Positions 35,767 through 47,833 of a stretch of 54,511 nt of DNA are shown piece after piece. How positions within the stretch are numbered: the first letter of the stretch is position 1; every line of letters starts with the position of its first letter. The DNA is from a bacterium (GTDB lineage: Bacteria > JACRDZ01 > JAQUKH01). Location: NCBI GenBank assembly GCA_028719205.1, contig JAQUKH010000016.1, forward strand, positions 1 to 54,511, read 5' to 3'. The notes beneath the pieces are model-generated. The model saw nothing but the letters and a program-made list of their open reading frames with translations, made no database searches and was not told where the DNA came from. The position numbers were made by a program, and so were the translations under genes.

Positions 35767-37239
35767 CTAATCCCTGGATTTTTTGCCAAAAAGAATAAAA
35801 GTCATCACGATACTGCAAAATATGACCACCCGCACAAACATATCCCCGTATTTTGTATAAAATGTTTTCGCGTCATTTTTCAAATGGATCTTCCCTACAA
35901 AAAAACCTTCCTTTTTCATAGGCATTGTATCAATTATTCTTCCGGCGGGGTCAAGGATAAACGATAAACCGGAATTCGCCGCCCTGACATAATAGATCTG
36001 ATTTTCAACGGCCCTGAAGACCGACATATAGGCATGCTGTTTCATTCCTGACGGGTATTTTTTCATCCAGTCGTCTTCAGTAATATTGACCAGAAAATTC
36101 GCGCCTTTATTAACAAATTTCCCGGCGTAATCCCCGAAAATGCCCTCGAAACAGATCATTGTTCCGAATTTGCCTTTGCCCGTATCAAGCACTTGGGCTT
36201 CTGAATCGGGATCATATTCTCCTGATTGGACAAGTTGGGCGAATTTTCCCATAAAACCAAATCTTTTATTGCCGGGCACCAATTCTCCAAAAGGAACCAG
36301 ATGATTTTTATTGTAATAAGAGATCCCGCCGTCAGGTGAAATTAAAACCGCGCTGTTAAAATGCTTTCTTTCATTTCCAACTGTTCTAAAACTCGGCGTC
36401 CCCAGAAGAAGATAACAATTCATATCCTTAACAAGCTGGATCAAACGTTGTTTCAGGATTTCATCTTTCTGAAGATTCTCAAGTAAAACTGTTTCCGTCC
36501 AGACAACAAGATCGATTTTGTTTTGCTTAACTGCCTGCATGCTTAGCGGGCTCAAACGAGAAAGAACAGCATCCGCGGGGAAATAAGTGTAAACGTCAAA
36601 ATTCCCCTGTACTACCGCCACATTTAATTCATCCCCTGAAAAATTTTGCGAATATTTTTTAATGACAGAATGGCCCCATAAATAAATGCAGCCGATGATA
36701 ACAGTCGTCAAAACTAATATTTTATCTAATCTTTTTTTAAGAAGCGCCTGAGAAAAACCCGCGTTGAAAAAAACAATCAAAAACGTTACACCCCAGACAC
36801 CCGTATACCGGCTTATCTGAATTAACTCAAGGAATTTATGCTGGGTATAACCTAAACTGAACCATGGGAAGCCTAAAAAGCCCAGAGTTTTTATATATTC
36901 GATACCGGTCCACGCGGACGCTAAAAAAATCGACTGAAGGAAGGGAGAAGAAAATCCGTTCTTAAAACATATAACAAATCCAAAAAGCCCGAAAAACAGG
37001 CTCAAATAAATGATTCCCAGCGGCAAAGCCAAAGGATGGAAAACACTGACCCAAAAGGCGCTGACCGAAAAAAATACCAATCCGCAAAAAAAAGAAAGCG
37101 TGAAGCCTTCTTTTGATTTTTGCCTGTCAATAGCGATAAAAAGTGGGACTAATGCTATACATGCCATGAAGCCAAGATCAAAAGGCGGGAAACACAGCAT
37201 CAGCAAAAAACCGCTCAGGGCCGAAAGGAAATAGGACAT
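35767..37239 (-). CDS. lnt: Apolipoprotein N-acyltransferase
   Basis: GFPW..LGY.Q, VQGN, W.E, K.HLVPFGE, ICFE, RAVE, RAANSG. Confidence 0.92.
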   Translation of the reverse strand: MSYFLSALSGFLLMLCFPPFDLGFMACIALVPLFIAIDRQKSKEGFTLSFFCGLVFFSVSAFWVSVFHPLALPLGIIYLSLFFGLFGFVICFKNGFSSPFLQSIFLASAWTGIEYIKTLGFLGFPWFSLGYTQHKFLELIQISRYTGVWGVTFLIVFFNAGFSQALLKKRLDKILVLTTVIIGCIYLWGHSVIKKYSQNFSGDELNVAVVQGNFDVYTYFPADAVLSRLSPLSMQAVKQNKIDLVVWTETVLLENLQKDEILKQRLIQLVKDMNCYLLLGTPSFRTVGNERKHFNSAVLISPDGGISYYNKNHLVPFGELVPGNKRFGFMGKFAQLVQSGEYDPDSEAQVLDTGKGKFGTMICFEGIFGDYAGKFVNKGANFLVNITEDDWMKKYPSGMKQHAYMSVFRAVENQIYYVRAANSGLSFILDPAGRIIDTMPMKKEGFFVGKIHLKNDAKTFYTKYGDMFVRVVIFCSIVMTFILFGKKSRD

Positions 37240-37294
37240 AATATAAATTTTGTAATTTCGTTATTTTTATAATTTGTTAACTGTAATATTCCTG

Positions 37295-39943
37295 CTATGC
37301 CTTCATCGCTCCACAGCACTTCTTATATTTTTTCCCGCTGCCACAGGGACAGGGATCGTTCCGGCCTGTTTCCTCGGCATGCCTTGGTTCGGCTTTTTTA
37401 ACAGTTCCGGGTTCCGCGTGAGAAAAATACATGGGCTGATGCTTTCTCTGGACAGGAACAGCATCCTTCTTTAATTGTATCCTGTAAATATAATCAATAA
37501 CTTCTTCTTTGATCTTTTCATTCATATCATTGAACATGATAAAACCTTCGTGCTGATATTCAACCAGCGGGTCCTTCTGCGCGTAAGCCCTGAGATTTAT
37601 CCCCTCTCTCAAATGGTCCATAGTAAGCAAATGGTCTTTCCAGCGGTTATCAACTACCTGAAGGATGATCATCCTCTCCAGTTTCCTCATTATTTCAGAT
37701 GTAATTTCTTTTTCTTTATCTTCATAAATAGTTGTTAATTTGCTGTAAATATTTTCCTCTATCTCTTCCCTTTTTACCTTTGAAAAATCAATATCCGGCC
37801 CAATCGGGCTGAGTGTATGGAACCACTCTATAAAACTCTTGCTGTTCCACTCCTCAGTATGAACATTTTCAGGAAAAAAAATGTCCATTTTATCCTGCAA
37901 AACATCCTGTAACATTTCCTGTATATGTTCCTTCAACTCTTCGCCTTTCAGCACAGCCTGTCTCTCTTCATATATCACCACTCTCTGTTTATTCATAACA
38001 TCATCATATTCCAGAAGATGTTTCCTGATATCAAAATTGTGAGACTCAACCCGTTTCTGAGCCGTTTCGATCGCCTTGGTAACCCACGGATGCTGTATAT
38101 CTTCACCTTCCTGCATTCCTAATTTCGACATCATCCCGGAGATCTTATCCGAACCAAAAAGGCGCATCAGGTCATCTTCCAGTGAAATATAAAACCGCGA
38201 AACTCCGGGATCTCCCTGCCTGCCGCACCGGCCGCGGAGCTGGTTATCTATCCGCCTGCTTTCATGCCGTTCTGTTCCTAAAACATATAACCCGCCAAGC
38301 TCCACAACTTTTTTATGTTCTTCCCCGACACTCATCTTAACCTTTTCCAAAGCGGTTTTATATTGTTTTTCAAATTCCTCAGGAGACTCTATATCGTCTC
38401 CGATTAATTCCTTTGCCAGAACTTCCGAGTTCCCGCCTAAAAGGATATCCGTACCGCGGCCCGCCATATTAGTGGCGATCGTTACCGCGCCAAGCCTTCC
38501 GGCCTGAGAAATTATCTGGGCTTCCTTTTCATGATATTTTGCGTTCAGTACGTTATGTTTTATTCCTTTTCGTTTAAGCATCATGCTTAGTAACTCTGAT
38601 TTTTCAATGGAAATAGTTCCGACAAGAAGAGGCCTTCCTTTTCCATGCCAAAGGCCGATTTCATCCACTACCGCGTTAAATTTTTCTTTTTCAGTGCGGT
38701 AGATCACATCAGAAAAATTCGCGCGGCTTAACGGCCTGTTTGTGGGAATAACCACAACATCCAGGTTATAGATCTTATGAAATTCAACTTCTTCCGTCAC
38801 CGCGGTTCCTGTCATACCTGAAAGTTTTTCATACATACGGAAATAGTTCTGGATCGTTATTGTGGCCAGGGTCTGGTTCTCATTCTCAATTTTAACATGC
38901 TCTTTCGCTTCAATTGCCTGGTGTAATCCGTCAGACCAGCGGCGGCCTGTCATCAATCTTCCGGTAAATTCATCAATAATAAGTATCTGTCCGTCCTTTA
39001 TTATATAATCAACATCCTTCTTGAATAATGTATGCGCCCTCAAAGCCTGATTAATATGATGCACCCACTCGATATTATTGCCGGTATAAAGATTTTCCAC
39101 CTGCAGTAATTTTTCGGCCCTTAAAACACCTTCTTCCGTCAAGAGTACCCGTTTTTCTTTTTCCTCAACTATATAATCCTTATCTTTGCTTAAGAGAGGG
39201 ATAATACTATCTATCCTGTAATATTTATCCGTTGATTCTTCGGCAGGGCCTGAAATAATAAGCGGAGTCCTTGCCTCATCAATAAGAATACTGTCAACCT
39301 CATCAACGATAACAAAATAATGCCCCCTCTGTACCTGTTCCTCTTTGCTTAACGCCATATTATCCCGGAGATAATCAAATCCAAATTCATTATTAGTTCC
39401 GTAAGTAATATCACACATATAAGCATTACGGCGATCCTCATGATTTATACCCGATTGAATAACTCCGACAGTTAAACCCAGATATTCAAAAAGCGGCCCC
39501 ATCCATAAACGGTCCCTTTTCGCCAGGTAATCATTTACAGTAATTACATGAACTCCCTTTCCCGTAAGGGCATTTAAATACGCGGGCAATGTCGCCACAA
39601 GTGTTTTTCCTTCACCTGTAGCCATTTCAGCAATCCTTCCCTGGTGCAAAACTATACCGCCTATTAACTGGACATCAAAATGGACCATATTCCAGGTCGG
39701 GTCCCATTCACGCCGCCTGCGGCTGGCTTCACGGACAACCGCGAATGCCTCAGGCAAAAGATCATCCAGAGTTTCCCCGTTATTCAAACGGCCGCGGAAT
39801 TCATTAGTTTTCGCTTTTAATTCCGGTTCGCTTAGTTTGATCAATTCCTGTCCAAAACTGTTGATCTTTTCGACTTGAGGCAGGATTTTTTTCAATTCTC
39901 TCTCAGACTGGCTTCCAAACATTTTTGTTAAAAAATTAAACAT
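37295..39943 (-). CDS. secA: Preprotein translocase ATPase
   Basis: [65 protein letters not shown]. Confidence 0.98.
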   Translation of the reverse strand: MFNFLTKMFGSQSERELKKILPQVEKINSFGQELIKLSEPELKAKTNEFRGRLNNGETLDDLLPEAFAVVREASRRRREWDPTWNMVHFDVQLIGGIVLHQGRIAEMATGEGKTLVATLPAYLNALTGKGVHVITVNDYLAKRDRLWMGPLFEYLGLTVGVIQSGINHEDRRNAYMCDITYGTNNEFGFDYLRDNMALSKEEQVQRGHYFVIVDEVDSILIDEARTPLIISGPAEESTDKYYRIDSIIPLLSKDKDYIVEEKEKRVLLTEEGVLRAEKLLQVENLYTGNNIEWVHHINQALRAHTLFKKDVDYIIKDGQILIIDEFTGRLMTGRRWSDGLHQAIEAKEHVKIENENQTLATITIQNYFRMYEKLSGMTGTAVTEEVEFHKIYNLDVVVIPTNRPLSRANFSDVIYRTEKEKFNAVVDEIGLWHGKGRPLLVGTISIEKSELLSMMLKRKGIKHNVLNAKYHEKEAQIISQAGRLGAVTIATNMAGRGTDILLGGNSEVLAKELIGDDIESPEEFEKQYKTALEKVKMSVGEEHKKVVELGGLYVLGTERHESRRIDNQLRGRCGRQGDPGVSRFYISLEDDLMRLFGSDKISGMMSKLGMQEGEDIQHPWVTKAIETAQKRVESHNFDIRKHLLEYDDVMNKQRVVIYEERQAVLKGEELKEHIQEMLQDVLQDKMDIFFPENVHTEEWNSKSFIEWFHTLSPIGPDIDFSKVKREEIEENIYSKLTTIYEDKEKEITSEIMRKLERMIILQVVDNRWKDHLLTMDHLREGINLRAYAQKDPLVEYQHEGFIMFNDMNEKIKEEVIDYIYRIQLKKDAVPVQRKHQPMYFSHAEPGTVKKAEPRHAEETGRNDPCPCGSGKKYKKCCGAMKA

Positions 39944-39946
39944 TTT

Positions 39947-40681
39947 TTATTTCCCCTTCGCTAATCTTTCGGCTAAAAAACCGGGCAACCCGGCATCCAG
40001 GATCTTTTTTTGTGTTAACTCGTAATTATATTCTAATCTGGTCAGCTTTATTTTTTTACTTTCTGAATCAAATACAAAATAGCATGTCTTATTATTCCCA
40101 TCGCGCGGCTGGCCAACACTGCCGGCGCTTATTACATAACGCATTTCTTTTTTTAAAACAACCTCTCCGCTTAAAAAAATATTACTATTATATAAATTAT
40201 TCGGATTCAATTCAAAAATAAACGGGCGATGCGAATGGCCCACAAAACAGATCCAATTTTTAAAATTCAGAAAACACCTGATAATATCTTCCACGGTTAT
40301 TACATAAAACCATTTTTCAGGAAAATAGGGGCTCGCGTGGACCAGTGTAAAATCATTATGATCCTGCATTAATTTTAATCCATTCAGAAAACTTACGTTA
40401 TCCGGTTTGATAATTTTTTGAGTCCAGAGCACAGCTTCACTGCCCCATTTATTAAAACCGCTCGTGTCAATCCGGTTTACCACCGCGCAATCATGGTTAC
40501 CGGCAACTATTACCGGCTTTAACGCCCTGATCAATTCCACACATTCATTGGGATTCGCCCCATACCCGACCAGATCACCCAAACAAATAAAATTATCAAT
40601 ATTTTCTTTTTTTGAATCTTCGAGGACCCTGTTCAAAGCCTCCAGATTACTGTGCACATCTGAAAAAATTCCATAACGCAT
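39947..40681 (-). CDS. Calcineurin-like metallophosphoesterase
   Basis: SDVHSN, GDLVGYG, GNHD, VHASP, GHSH, GSVGQPRDG. Confidence 0.9.
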   Translation of the reverse strand: MRYGIFSDVHSNLEALNRVLEDSKKENIDNFICLGDLVGYGANPNECVELIRALKPVIVAGNHDCAVVNRIDTSGFNKWGSEAVLWTQKIIKPDNVSFLNGLKLMQDHNDFTLVHASPYFPEKWFYVITVEDIIRCFLNFKNWICFVGHSHRPFIFELNPNNLYNSNIFLSGEVVLKKEMRYVISAGSVGQPRDGNNKTCYFVFDSESKKIKLTRLEYNYELTQKKILDAGLPGFLAERLAKGK

Positions 40682-40703
40682 TGATCGTTTAGCTCCAATT
40701 TAT

Positions 40704-42515
40704 CTATTTCATATAACTCGGCATATCAGGCCCATAATATTTCCTGCCGTGACATCCGGGAAGACAGCTTTTACCCATTTCATTTTGACTAAATCCAACC
40801 GGGTATTTATAACGGAAATTATCCACTCCAAAGGGAACATTGTCATAAAGCATCCGGTAATTATCCGTGGCATGCGGACTGTGGCAAACAGTACATTTCC
40901 TGCCCCTTTTTTTCTGCTGATTTACATGTAAAAAATGCAGATTTAACTCCCCCCTGCGGAAATCACTCTCTTTACCCTGTATAAACTTATATGTGGTTAT
41001 TTTAGCGTCATGGCACATAAAACAAAGCCCGAATTTTTCAGGGGCATAATCAACCTGATGTTCTTCAGGATACTCCCCGCGCAAATTCCTGTAATATGGT
41101 GATCCATGATGCATATGACATTTAAGGCATCCATTTTCCTCTTTGATCGGTTTATGCACGACTTTTTTATCAAACTCCTCTTTTTTAGACTGGTGGCACA
41201 TATAACAAAAATCATTGCCTTTAGCCTTTAATTGAAATTTTACATCCGAACTATGAGGGTCATGACAACCTTTACAATTTCCTTCAGCTACCGGCGTATG
41301 AACATATTTTGTCTTTTCCTTATTCTCATGGCACATATAACATAACCTTTTATCATTTTCGTTCCTGAGCTGATAAATATACGGTGAACTATGGGAATCA
41401 TGGCATTTGTGGCATTCCCCTTTATCTACAGGCAAATGTTTAAACTCTTTCGATGTCTTATTCTCATGACAGTCGTAACAAAGTTCCTTCTCTGTCTTTT
41501 TCAGCAAAAATTTATTTTTTGATGTATGAGGATCATGGCATACCATACAATCTCCGCCTTCATCAGCCGGAACATGTTTAAATTTCCCTTTAGTTTTATC
41601 TTCATGGCAGTTATTGCATAATTTCCCGCCGACTTTAGTCTCAATAAGTAATTTATCATTAGCGGAACTATGCGGATTATGGCACACAGTACAATCCTCC
41701 TCCGCCACAGGTGAATGGTCCACGCCCTGCCCCGTCATTTTGTCATGGCATGAATAACATAGCGTATTTACTTTTTCCTTTAAATGATTTGCATTATCCG
41801 AACTATGGACCGCGTGGCATGCCATACAGTCACCGTCTTTAACAGGAGAATGATTTATCTCTCCTTTTGTTTTATTTTCGTGGCATAAAGCGCAAAGTTT
41901 GGAATTATATTCAGCTCTTAACATAAATTTATTTTTTGAAGTATGCGGATCATGGCACAAGATACACTTTCCTTCTTTCACAGGTGTATGCACATTAGAT
42001 TTTTCCTGTATCTTATGGCATTTAATACAGAGAGAGCTTCCCTCCGCGACGAATTTCACAGGCTGCCAGAAAACCGGCTTTTCATGGCACTCCAGGCATT
42101 TTTTTTCCGCGAACGGTTTATGCTGATTAGAATATATAAGTTTAGGCTCATCGCTTGAATGAGGGTCATGACATTCTATACACTGGCTTTTATCCCTGCC
42201 AACCGGAAGATTAAAATGGCTTAATTTAATTACCGCGAGCTTGCTTTGTTTTTTAAACTCAACTTCATAACTATCATGGCACAAATAGCAGAGGTCATTG
42301 CCCTCTGCTTTTAACATTAATTTATTCTCATTCCCATGATCTTTGTGGCATCCGGTACAACCATTTTTCGCCAGCGGTTTGTGTATATATTTTTTCTGGA
42401 ATTTTTCCTTCAGATCTTTATGACAGTCATAACAATCTTTTTTTTCTTCCGCGAAGGTATTAAAAGTAATAAAAAATATTATTAATAATAAAATTTTTAT
42501 CGTCAATGTTTTCAT
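40704..42515 (-). CDS. Exported multiheme cytochrome c, doubled-CXXCH repeat type
   Basis: Signal peptide; hand count of 21 CxxCH plus one CxxxCH (CLPGCH); repeat unit H.P....CxxCH.PH.S....L....LCxxCH. Confidence 0.92.
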   Translation of the reverse strand: MKTLTIKILLLIIFFITFNTFAEEKKDCYDCHKDLKEKFQKKYIHKPLAKNGCTGCHKDHGNENKLMLKAEGNDLCYLCHDSYEVEFKKQSKLAVIKLSHFNLPVGRDKSQCIECHDPHSSDEPKLIYSNQHKPFAEKKCLECHEKPVFWQPVKFVAEGSSLCIKCHKIQEKSNVHTPVKEGKCILCHDPHTSKNKFMLRAEYNSKLCALCHENKTKGEINHSPVKDGDCMACHAVHSSDNANHLKEKVNTLCYSCHDKMTGQGVDHSPVAEEDCTVCHNPHSSANDKLLIETKVGGKLCNNCHEDKTKGKFKHVPADEGGDCMVCHDPHTSKNKFLLKKTEKELCYDCHENKTSKEFKHLPVDKGECHKCHDSHSSPYIYQLRNENDKRLCYMCHENKEKTKYVHTPVAEGNCKGCHDPHSSDVKFQLKAKGNDFCYMCHQSKKEEFDKKVVHKPIKEENGCLKCHMHHGSPYYRNLRGEYPEEHQVDYAPEKFGLCFMCHDAKITTYKFIQGKESDFRRGELNLHFLHVNQQKKRGRKCTVCHSPHATDNYRMLYDNVPFGVDNFRYKYPVGFSQNEMGKSCLPGCHGRKYYGPDMPSYMK

Positions 42516-42949
42516 TAATTAATCTCTTTATTATCATTTCCAATACTGCTTTTCACGATCTTATCCAGAATTCCATTTACAAACGAGCCTGACTCCTCTG
42601 TTGAATATTCTTTAGCCACCTCAATGGCCTCATTTATTATTATTTTAATTGATGACTCTTTCTCTTTAAGATATAAAAACTCAAAAACCGCTATACGTAA
42701 AATATTTCTGTCAATAACCGGCATTCTGCTTATTTCCCAATTTTCCGCGGTCTTAGAAATAATTTTATCCAGGTTTTCTTTATATTTTATTACTCCGTCC
42801 TTTAATTTCACGGCAAACTCTTTTACGCTGGGTAATATTTTCTGAGATTGCAAATAATTTTCTACGGCATCATCCGCGTTCTCTTCAACAATATCTATCA
42901 TAAAAAGAAGTTCTAAAGCTAATTCACGAGACTCTCGTCTTTTGCCCAT
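42515..42949 (-). CDS. nusB: Transcription antitermination factor
   Basis: RRESRELA, W..SRM..IDRNILR, INEAIEVAK, FVNGILD. Confidence 0.93.
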   Translation of the reverse strand: MGKRRESRELALELLFMIDIVEENADDAVENYLQSQKILPSVKEFAVKLKDGVIKYKENLDKIISKTAENWEISRMPVIDRNILRIAVFEFLYLKEKESSIKIIINEAIEVAKEYSTEESGSFVNGILDKIVKSSIGNDNKEIN

Positions 42950-42968
42950 TAATATCCTTTAATTACAT

Positions 42969-43442
42969 TTATTTTTTGTTTATCTGTAAATACAAATTCG
43001 CCATCTCGATCGCGGTTAACGCGGCATCCCTTCCCTTGTTACCAGCCTTAGTCCCGGCGCGTTCAATTGCCTGCTCCAGGTTATCAGAGGTTATAACCCC
43101 ATAAATCACGGGTGTATCACCGTGTAAAGACAAATGGGCTATGCTCTTTGCTGCCTCGCCCGCGATATAATCAAAATGCGGTGTATCTCCCCTGATTATC
43201 GTCCCAAGGCAAATTACAGCATCAAACTTATTTGCCTTCATCAACTGCCCTGCCGCGTATGAGATCTCAAACGCACCAGGGACCCAGACTATCTTAATAT
43301 CCTTGTCATCCGCCCCATGACGCGTTAAAGTGTCCAATGCTCCCTCTAAAAGACTTTTGCTGATGAATTCATTAAAACGGCTTACAACTATACCAAATTT
43401 TTTCTTTGTAGCGATCAAATTCCCGGAAATTACTTCTGCCAT
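42969..43442 (-). CDS. ribH: 6,7-dimethyl-8-ribityllumazine synthase
   Basis: [32 protein letters not shown]. Confidence 0.96.
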   Translation of the reverse strand: MAEVISGNLIATKKKFGIVVSRFNEFISKSLLEGALDTLTRHGADDKDIKIVWVPGAFEISYAAGQLMKANKFDAVICLGTIIRGDTPHFDYIAGEAAKSIAHLSLHGDTPVIYGVITSDNLEQAIERAGTKAGNKGRDAALTAIEMANLYLQINKK

Positions 43443-43454
43443 GATTTTTTCCTC

Positions 43455-44666
43455 CTATTTCATTTTTAATATATGTCCCATTTTTTCTTTTTTTACCCGC
43501 AGATATTCAATATTCTGTTCCGTAGGTTCTATTTCTATCGGGATCCTTTTTGTTATTTTCAAACCGTAACCTTCCAATCCGATAATTTTTTTAGGATTAT
43601 TGGTTAGAAGTTTTATTTTGTTCAGCCCGAGATCGACAAGGATCTGCGCGCCAATTCCATATTCCCGAAGATCCGGCTCAAATCCCAGGATCTTATTTGC
43701 TTCAACTGTATCAGCCCCTTTATCCTGCAAGGCATAGGCCTTCAGCTTATTAACCAAACCGATCCCGCGGCCCTCCTGGCGCATATATAAAAGCACCCCG
43801 CGGCCCTCTTTATTTATCATCTCCAGCGATTTTTCCAGCTGCCCTCCGCAATCACATCTAAGAGAATGGAACAAGTCTCCCGTCAGGCATTCCGAATGGA
43901 CACGAACCATCATTTCTTTTTTCGGATCGATCCTCCCTTTAACCAGAGCCAGATGATTTTTATTGTCAATAGTTGTTCCATACAGAATTAATTTAAATTC
44001 CCCAAACCTTGTCGGGAATTTTGTTTCTGTTATACGCCTGACCATTTTTTCTGTTCTCTTGCGATAATGTATTAAATCCGCGATCGTAATAAATTTTAGT
44101 TTATGCTTTCTCGCGAATTTAAAAAGCGCCCTGCCACGGCACATCGTCCCATCTTCATTTATTATCTCGCATATCACTCCCGCGGGATACAACCCCGCTA
44201 AAACCGCAAGGTCAACAGATGCTTCAGTGTGCCCGGCGCGAATCAATACCCCGCCCTCTTTTGCCCTTAAAGGGAAAATATGCCCTGGCCGGACTAAGTC
44301 AGCAGGTTCAGAGTCGGGATCAATCGCGGTTTTTATTGTTATCGCCCTGTCATGAGCGGAAATTCCGGTAGTTGTACCTTTTTTGGCGTCAATAGATACT
44401 GTAAACGCTGTCTCCAAATGATCCGTATTATCCGGTACCATTGCAGGAAGTTTCAGGAGGTCCAACCTTTCCCCCTTTAACGGCATACAGACAAGCCCGC
44501 GCCCGTATTTAATCATAAAATTGATAGCTTCCGGTGTAACCTTCTCAGCGGCCATAATAAGGTCACCCTCATTTTCCCTGTTATTATCATCAACAACAAT
44601 AACCAGTTTACCTTTTTTTATATCTTCAACCGCTTCATGAATGGTGTTAAAACTTTTTTCTTTCAT
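43455..44666 (-). CDS. ribBA: Bifunctional DHBP synthase / GTP cyclohydrolase II
   Basis: [48 protein letters not shown]. Confidence 0.96.
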   Translation of the reverse strand: MKEKSFNTIHEAVEDIKKGKLVIVVDDNNRENEGDLIMAAEKVTPEAINFMIKYGRGLVCMPLKGERLDLLKLPAMVPDNTDHLETAFTVSIDAKKGTTTGISAHDRAITIKTAIDPDSEPADLVRPGHIFPLRAKEGGVLIRAGHTEASVDLAVLAGLYPAGVICEIINEDGTMCRGRALFKFARKHKLKFITIADLIHYRKRTEKMVRRITETKFPTRFGEFKLILYGTTIDNKNHLALVKGRIDPKKEMMVRVHSECLTGDLFHSLRCDCGGQLEKSLEMINKEGRGVLLYMRQEGRGIGLVNKLKAYALQDKGADTVEANKILGFEPDLREYGIGAQILVDLGLNKIKLLTNNPKKIIGLEGYGLKITKRIPIEIEPTEQNIEYLRVKKEKMGHILKMK

Positions 44667-44674
44667 AGTTTATC

Positions 44675-45295
44675 CTAGTATCCGCAACTCTTTACAAAAT
44701 CCGTTTTAATTGATTTATCTTCCTTTTTCGATAAGATCTTCTGCACATATTTAGCCAGAATATCAGCCTCAAGGTTTAAAACATCCCCTTTTTCCCTCAT
44801 GCCTAAATTCGTCATCTCGATTGTATGAGGAATAAGCGATATATCAAAATATTCATTCGTAAGTTTCGCGATAGTCAGACTCACGCCATCAACCGCTACA
44901 GGCCCCTGCGGAACAAAATAACACGACAATTCCTTCGGGAACGCGACACTCAAAAGCAAAGCGTTTGAATCCCTGCTTTTTTTGATGATCTTGCCTGTTC
45001 CATCAACATGCCCCAGGACAAAATGGCCTCCCATAAATCCGGAAGGAGATACCGCCCTTTCCAGATTCACCTTACCTTTAACTTTTAAACATCCCAAACT
45101 CGTTTTTTGTAAAGTAACAGGCATTACACTCGACATAAAAAAATCTTTGCCTAACTCCTGGACCGTCAGGCACACACCATTTACAGAAACACTGTCCCCA
45201 AGCTTCAGGCCGGAGATCTTACTAAATTTTATTATTAATCTATCTTTTTCTATTTTTTTTACTTCGCCCACTTCTTCGATTATACCGGTAAACAT
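44675..45295 (-). CDS. ribE: Riboflavin synthase
   Basis: MFTGII, NGVCLTV, VNLERA, GGHFVLGHVDG, DGVSLT. Confidence 0.95.
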   Translation of the reverse strand: MFTGIIEEVGEVKKIEKDRLIIKFSKISGLKLGDSVSVNGVCLTVQELGKDFFMSSVMPVTLQKTSLGCLKVKGKVNLERAVSPSGFMGGHFVLGHVDGTGKIIKKSRDSNALLLSVAFPKELSCYFVPQGPVAVDGVSLTIAKLTNEYFDISLIPHTIEMTNLGMREKGDVLNLEADILAKYVQKILSKKEDKSIKTDFVKSCGY

Positions 45296-45309
45296 ATTAC
45301 ATCCTTAAT

Positions 45310-46401
45310 TTATTTATAAATCGGGTATCCTTCAAACAAATAATCCTGGCCGATCTTTCTAACGCTGACATTTTTCAGCTTGACCGCATTTTTTAACGCG
45401 TTTATGCCTTCGCCGCCTATTGAACTGTATGCTTCTTTCCCGCCAATGATCATGGGGCTTATAAAAAACAATACCTTATCAACTAACTTAGAATCAATAA
45501 AAGAACCGTTTACTTCGCTCCCGCCTTCAACTAATAAACTTGCTATGTTTTTCTCTCCCAACTTTTTTAAAAGCTCATTCAAATCAATTCTATTTTTTAT
45601 TTTATTAATAAATAAAACCTCAGCGCCCGTTTTTTCTATTTTTTTTATTTTAACCTTGGATGCTGACTTTGTTGTGACAACAATTAGATCCTTAGGCTCT
45701 TTAAAAACATTAGAATCAAGAGGGATCCTTCCGCGAGTATCTAAAATAATTTTTTTTGGATTTTTTTTTATTCCCTTCCCATGAGACGTCAAATATGGAT
45801 TATCCGCGAGTACTGTTTTTATTCCGACTAACACCGCGTCTGTTTTACTCCGTAAAGAATAAACGCAGTCCCGCGATCTTTCGCCGGTTATCCACTTAGA
45901 ATCCCCACCCTTAGCCGCTATCTTCCCATCAAGGCTTATACCCGCTTTTAAAATAACAAACGGCCTTTTTTGTGAAATAAACTTAAGAAATATTTCATTT
46001 AAAAGCTTCGACTTCTCTTCCAGTACTCCCACCTTTACTTTTATTCCTGCCTTAAGCAATTTCGCTGCTCCCTTTCCGTTAACTACCGGATTCGGGTCTA
46101 AATGTGAAATTACAACCTCTTTTATTCCTGATTTAATTATACTGTCTACGCATGGAGGAGTCTTTCCAAAATGGACGCACGGTTCTAAATTAACAAAAAG
46201 GGCCGAACCCCTGACTGAATCACCGGCGGATATTATCGCGTTAACTTCCGCGTGATTTCCGCCAAAATATTCATGATACCCCTTTCCGATAATTTTTCCA
46301 TTCTTGACTAAAACAGCTCCCACCAGCGGATTTGGGCTTACATAACCGCTTCCCTTTTTCGCCAGAAACAGTACCTTCCGCATGTAGAAATTTTCATCCA
46401 T
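45310..46401 (-). CDS. ribD: Riboflavin deaminase/reductase
   Basis: PNPLVG, HAE, LEPCVHFGKTPPC, SLDGKIA, VEGGS. Confidence 0.96.
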   Translation of the reverse strand: MDENFYMRKVLFLAKKGSGYVSPNPLVGAVLVKNGKIIGKGYHEYFGGNHAEVNAIISAGDSVRGSALFVNLEPCVHFGKTPPCVDSIIKSGIKEVVISHLDPNPVVNGKGAAKLLKAGIKVKVGVLEEKSKLLNEIFLKFISQKRPFVILKAGISLDGKIAAKGGDSKWITGERSRDCVYSLRSKTDAVLVGIKTVLADNPYLTSHGKGIKKNPKKIILDTRGRIPLDSNVFKEPKDLIVVTTKSASKVKIKKIEKTGAEVLFINKIKNRIDLNELLKKLGEKNIASLLVEGGSEVNGSFIDSKLVDKVLFFISPMIIGGKEAYSSIGGEGINALKNAVKLKNVSVRKIGQDYLFEGYPIYK

Positions 46402-46405
46402 AATA

Positions 46406-47833
46406 TTACAATTCCAGTTGTTCGATACGTGCTTCCATCGTTTCTTCCAGACAATATTTTTTCATATCACACGGAACATCAACAGGATATTTTCCGTCAA
46501 AACACGCGAAACAAAAAGTATCCTTTACTAAAGATAATGCCTCTTTTAAGCCATTCAAACTCAGGTAAGCCAATGAATCAACCTTAAGATATTTGCGTAT
46601 ATCCTCAAGCTCAATATTAGCCGCGATAAGTTCTTTTTGCTGCGGGGTGTCTATCCCGTAAAAACAAGGATTTTTTGAAGGGGGCGAACTGATCCTCAAG
46701 TGGATCTCTTTCGCGCCGGCGTTATACAGCATGCCTATTATCTTTTTACAACTTGTTCCCCGAACTATGGAATCATCAACCACAATGATCTTTTTTCCTT
46801 CCAGGACTTCTCTTACCGGATTAAGTTTTACCCGGACACCTACCTCTCTCATAAATTGATGCGGCTGAATAAATGTTCGTCCTATATAATGATTCCGTAT
46901 GATCCCGGTCTCAAACGGGATCCCTGACTCCTGAGAAAAACCAAGAGCCGCGCTTATCCCTGAATCCGGCACGGGAATTATAAAATCAACATCAGCAGGC
47001 GCTTCTTTAGCTAATATCCTGCCCAATCTTTTCCTGATCGTGTAAACATTCTGACCGAAAATATTGCTGTCAGGCCTGGAAAAATAGATGAATTCAAATG
47101 CGCAAAACGCGTGCTTTTTTTTGGGAAAAGGTTTAAATGAGTTAAGGCCGTCTTTATCGATAATTACCATCTCGCCCGGTTCGACATCGCGAATGTATGT
47201 TGCCCCTATTAAATCCAACGCGCAGGTTTCAGATGTAATGATCCATGTGTTAAGCCCCAATTTCCCTATGCAAAGAGGCCTGAAACCATAAGGGTCACGG
47301 ATACCTATAAGCCTTTTGGCATCCATCAAAACCATAGAATACGCCCCTTCTATTTTTTTGAACGCGTCAATTATAGTTTCCTCAAATTTCGTTTTTTTAG
47401 AATTGGCTATAAGGTGAACTACAACCTCCGTATCCATCGAAGACTGAAAAATCGAACCCTTCTTTTCTAATTGAGTTCGTAACTCCAGAGCGTTCGTAAA
47501 ATTGCCGTTATGCGCGACAGCTATCGATCCGCTGTGATAATTAACCAACAGAGGCTGGGCATTCTTTAAAAAACTCGAGCCGGTAGTAGAATATCTTACA
47601 TGCCCCACGGCTATATGTCCCTGAAGCTTCTTTAAAATATCTTCATTAAAAACATCTGCTACTAATCCCATCTCCTTGAATGAAATTACATTTTTTTCAT
47701 CAGATACAACTATCCCGGCGCTCTCCTGCCCTCTGTGCTGAAGAGAATATAACCCTAAATAAGTCAACCTTGCCGCGTCAGGATGCCCAAATATTCCAAA
47801 CACACCGCATTTATCTTGATTTTTATCTAACAT
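46406..47833 (-). CDS. purF: Amidophosphoribosyltransferase, propeptide and Fe-S type
   Basis: Short propeptide then CGVFG, LQHRGQE, HNG, VDDSIVRGT, PCFYGID, CFAC. Confidence 0.97.
   Translation of the reverse strand: MLDKNQDKCGVFGIFGHPDAARLTYLGLYSLQHRGQESAGIVVSDEKNVISFKEMGLVADVFNEDILKKLQGHIAVGHVRYSTTGSSFLKNAQPLLVNYHSGSIAVAHNGNFTNALELRTQLEKKGSIFQSSMDTEVVVHLIANSKKTKFEETIIDAFKKIEGAYSMVLMDAKRLIGIRDPYGFRPLCIGKLGLNTWIITSETCALDLIGATYIRDVEPGEMVIIDKDGLNSFKPFPKKKHAFCAFEFIYFSRPDSNIFGQNVYTIRKRLGRILAKEAPADVDFIIPVPDSGISAALGFSQESGIPFETGIIRNHYIGRTFIQPHQFMREVGVRVKLNPVREVLEGKKIIVVDDSIVRGTSCKKIIGMLYNAGAKEIHLRISSPPSKNPCFYGIDTPQQKELIAANIELEDIRKYLKVDSLAYLSLNGLKEALSLVKDTFCFACFDGKYPVDVPCDMKKYCLEETMEARIEQLEL

Noticed and set aside
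46390-46410. FMN riboswitch ahead of ribD
   Set aside because: Only 4 nt separate purF and ribD, so there is no room for one
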